Of a DNA stretch of 64,000 nt, positions 63,945 to 64,000 are shown piece by piece. Positions within the stretch are counted from its first letter, which is position 1. Each line of letters starts with the position of its first letter. Below the pieces are notes generated by a model that was given only the letters and a program-made list of their open reading frames with translations, was not told the DNA's origin and did not search any database. The DNA lies in assembly GCA_039818205.1 (NCBI GenBank), contig JBCBUK010000003.1, forward strand, positions 288,001 through 352,000. Direction: 5' to 3'. This DNA comes from Verrucomicrobiota bacterium. GTDB taxonomy: Bacteria; Verrucomicrobiota; Verrucomicrobiia; Opitutales; Cerasicoccaceae. The position numbers and the translations under genes were made by a program.

Positions 63945-64000
63945 CGAGGATCTCAGCTGGTAGCCAGTGACGGGAAAGAGGCACTCGCACCGTCACAACA

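Overview
This is a mostly housekeeping, GC-moderate bacterial chromosome segment. Gene order (fusA directly followed by rpsJ; no tuf, rpmD, adk, infA or rpmJ in place), weak Shine-Dalgarno usage and the protein families suggest Verrucomicrobiota (inference). The left half holds a carboxy(nor)spermidine biosynthesis cluster interrupted by a plant-SABATH-like methyltransferase, a DUF1499 protein and a frameshifted VOC gene. It also holds sppA, sufT-rlmH, pyrH, an AT-rich non-coding island with tandem hairpins, metY, gatCAB, a two-component pair, stand-alone coaB, hemB, cysS, an anti-sigma/STAS pair divergent from a cNMP-FHA protein plus kinase, PEPCK and ppk2. The right half holds the str-S10-spc-alpha ribosomal superoperon (35393-54684), then guaA, an IMPase/HisN, a DEDDh exonuclease, gyrA/gyrB and a His-rich dodecin-like gene. 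The most notable items are the SABATH methyltransferase inside the polyamine operon, a SecY with an extra C-terminal hydrophobic helix, a ~140-nt rod-like hairpin between rplO and secY, an exported protein gene inserted between rpsS and rplV, and Gly-Arg repeats on uS5. I recognised no rRNA, tRNA, CRISPR array or transposase. All family calls come from motif recognition, not database searches.
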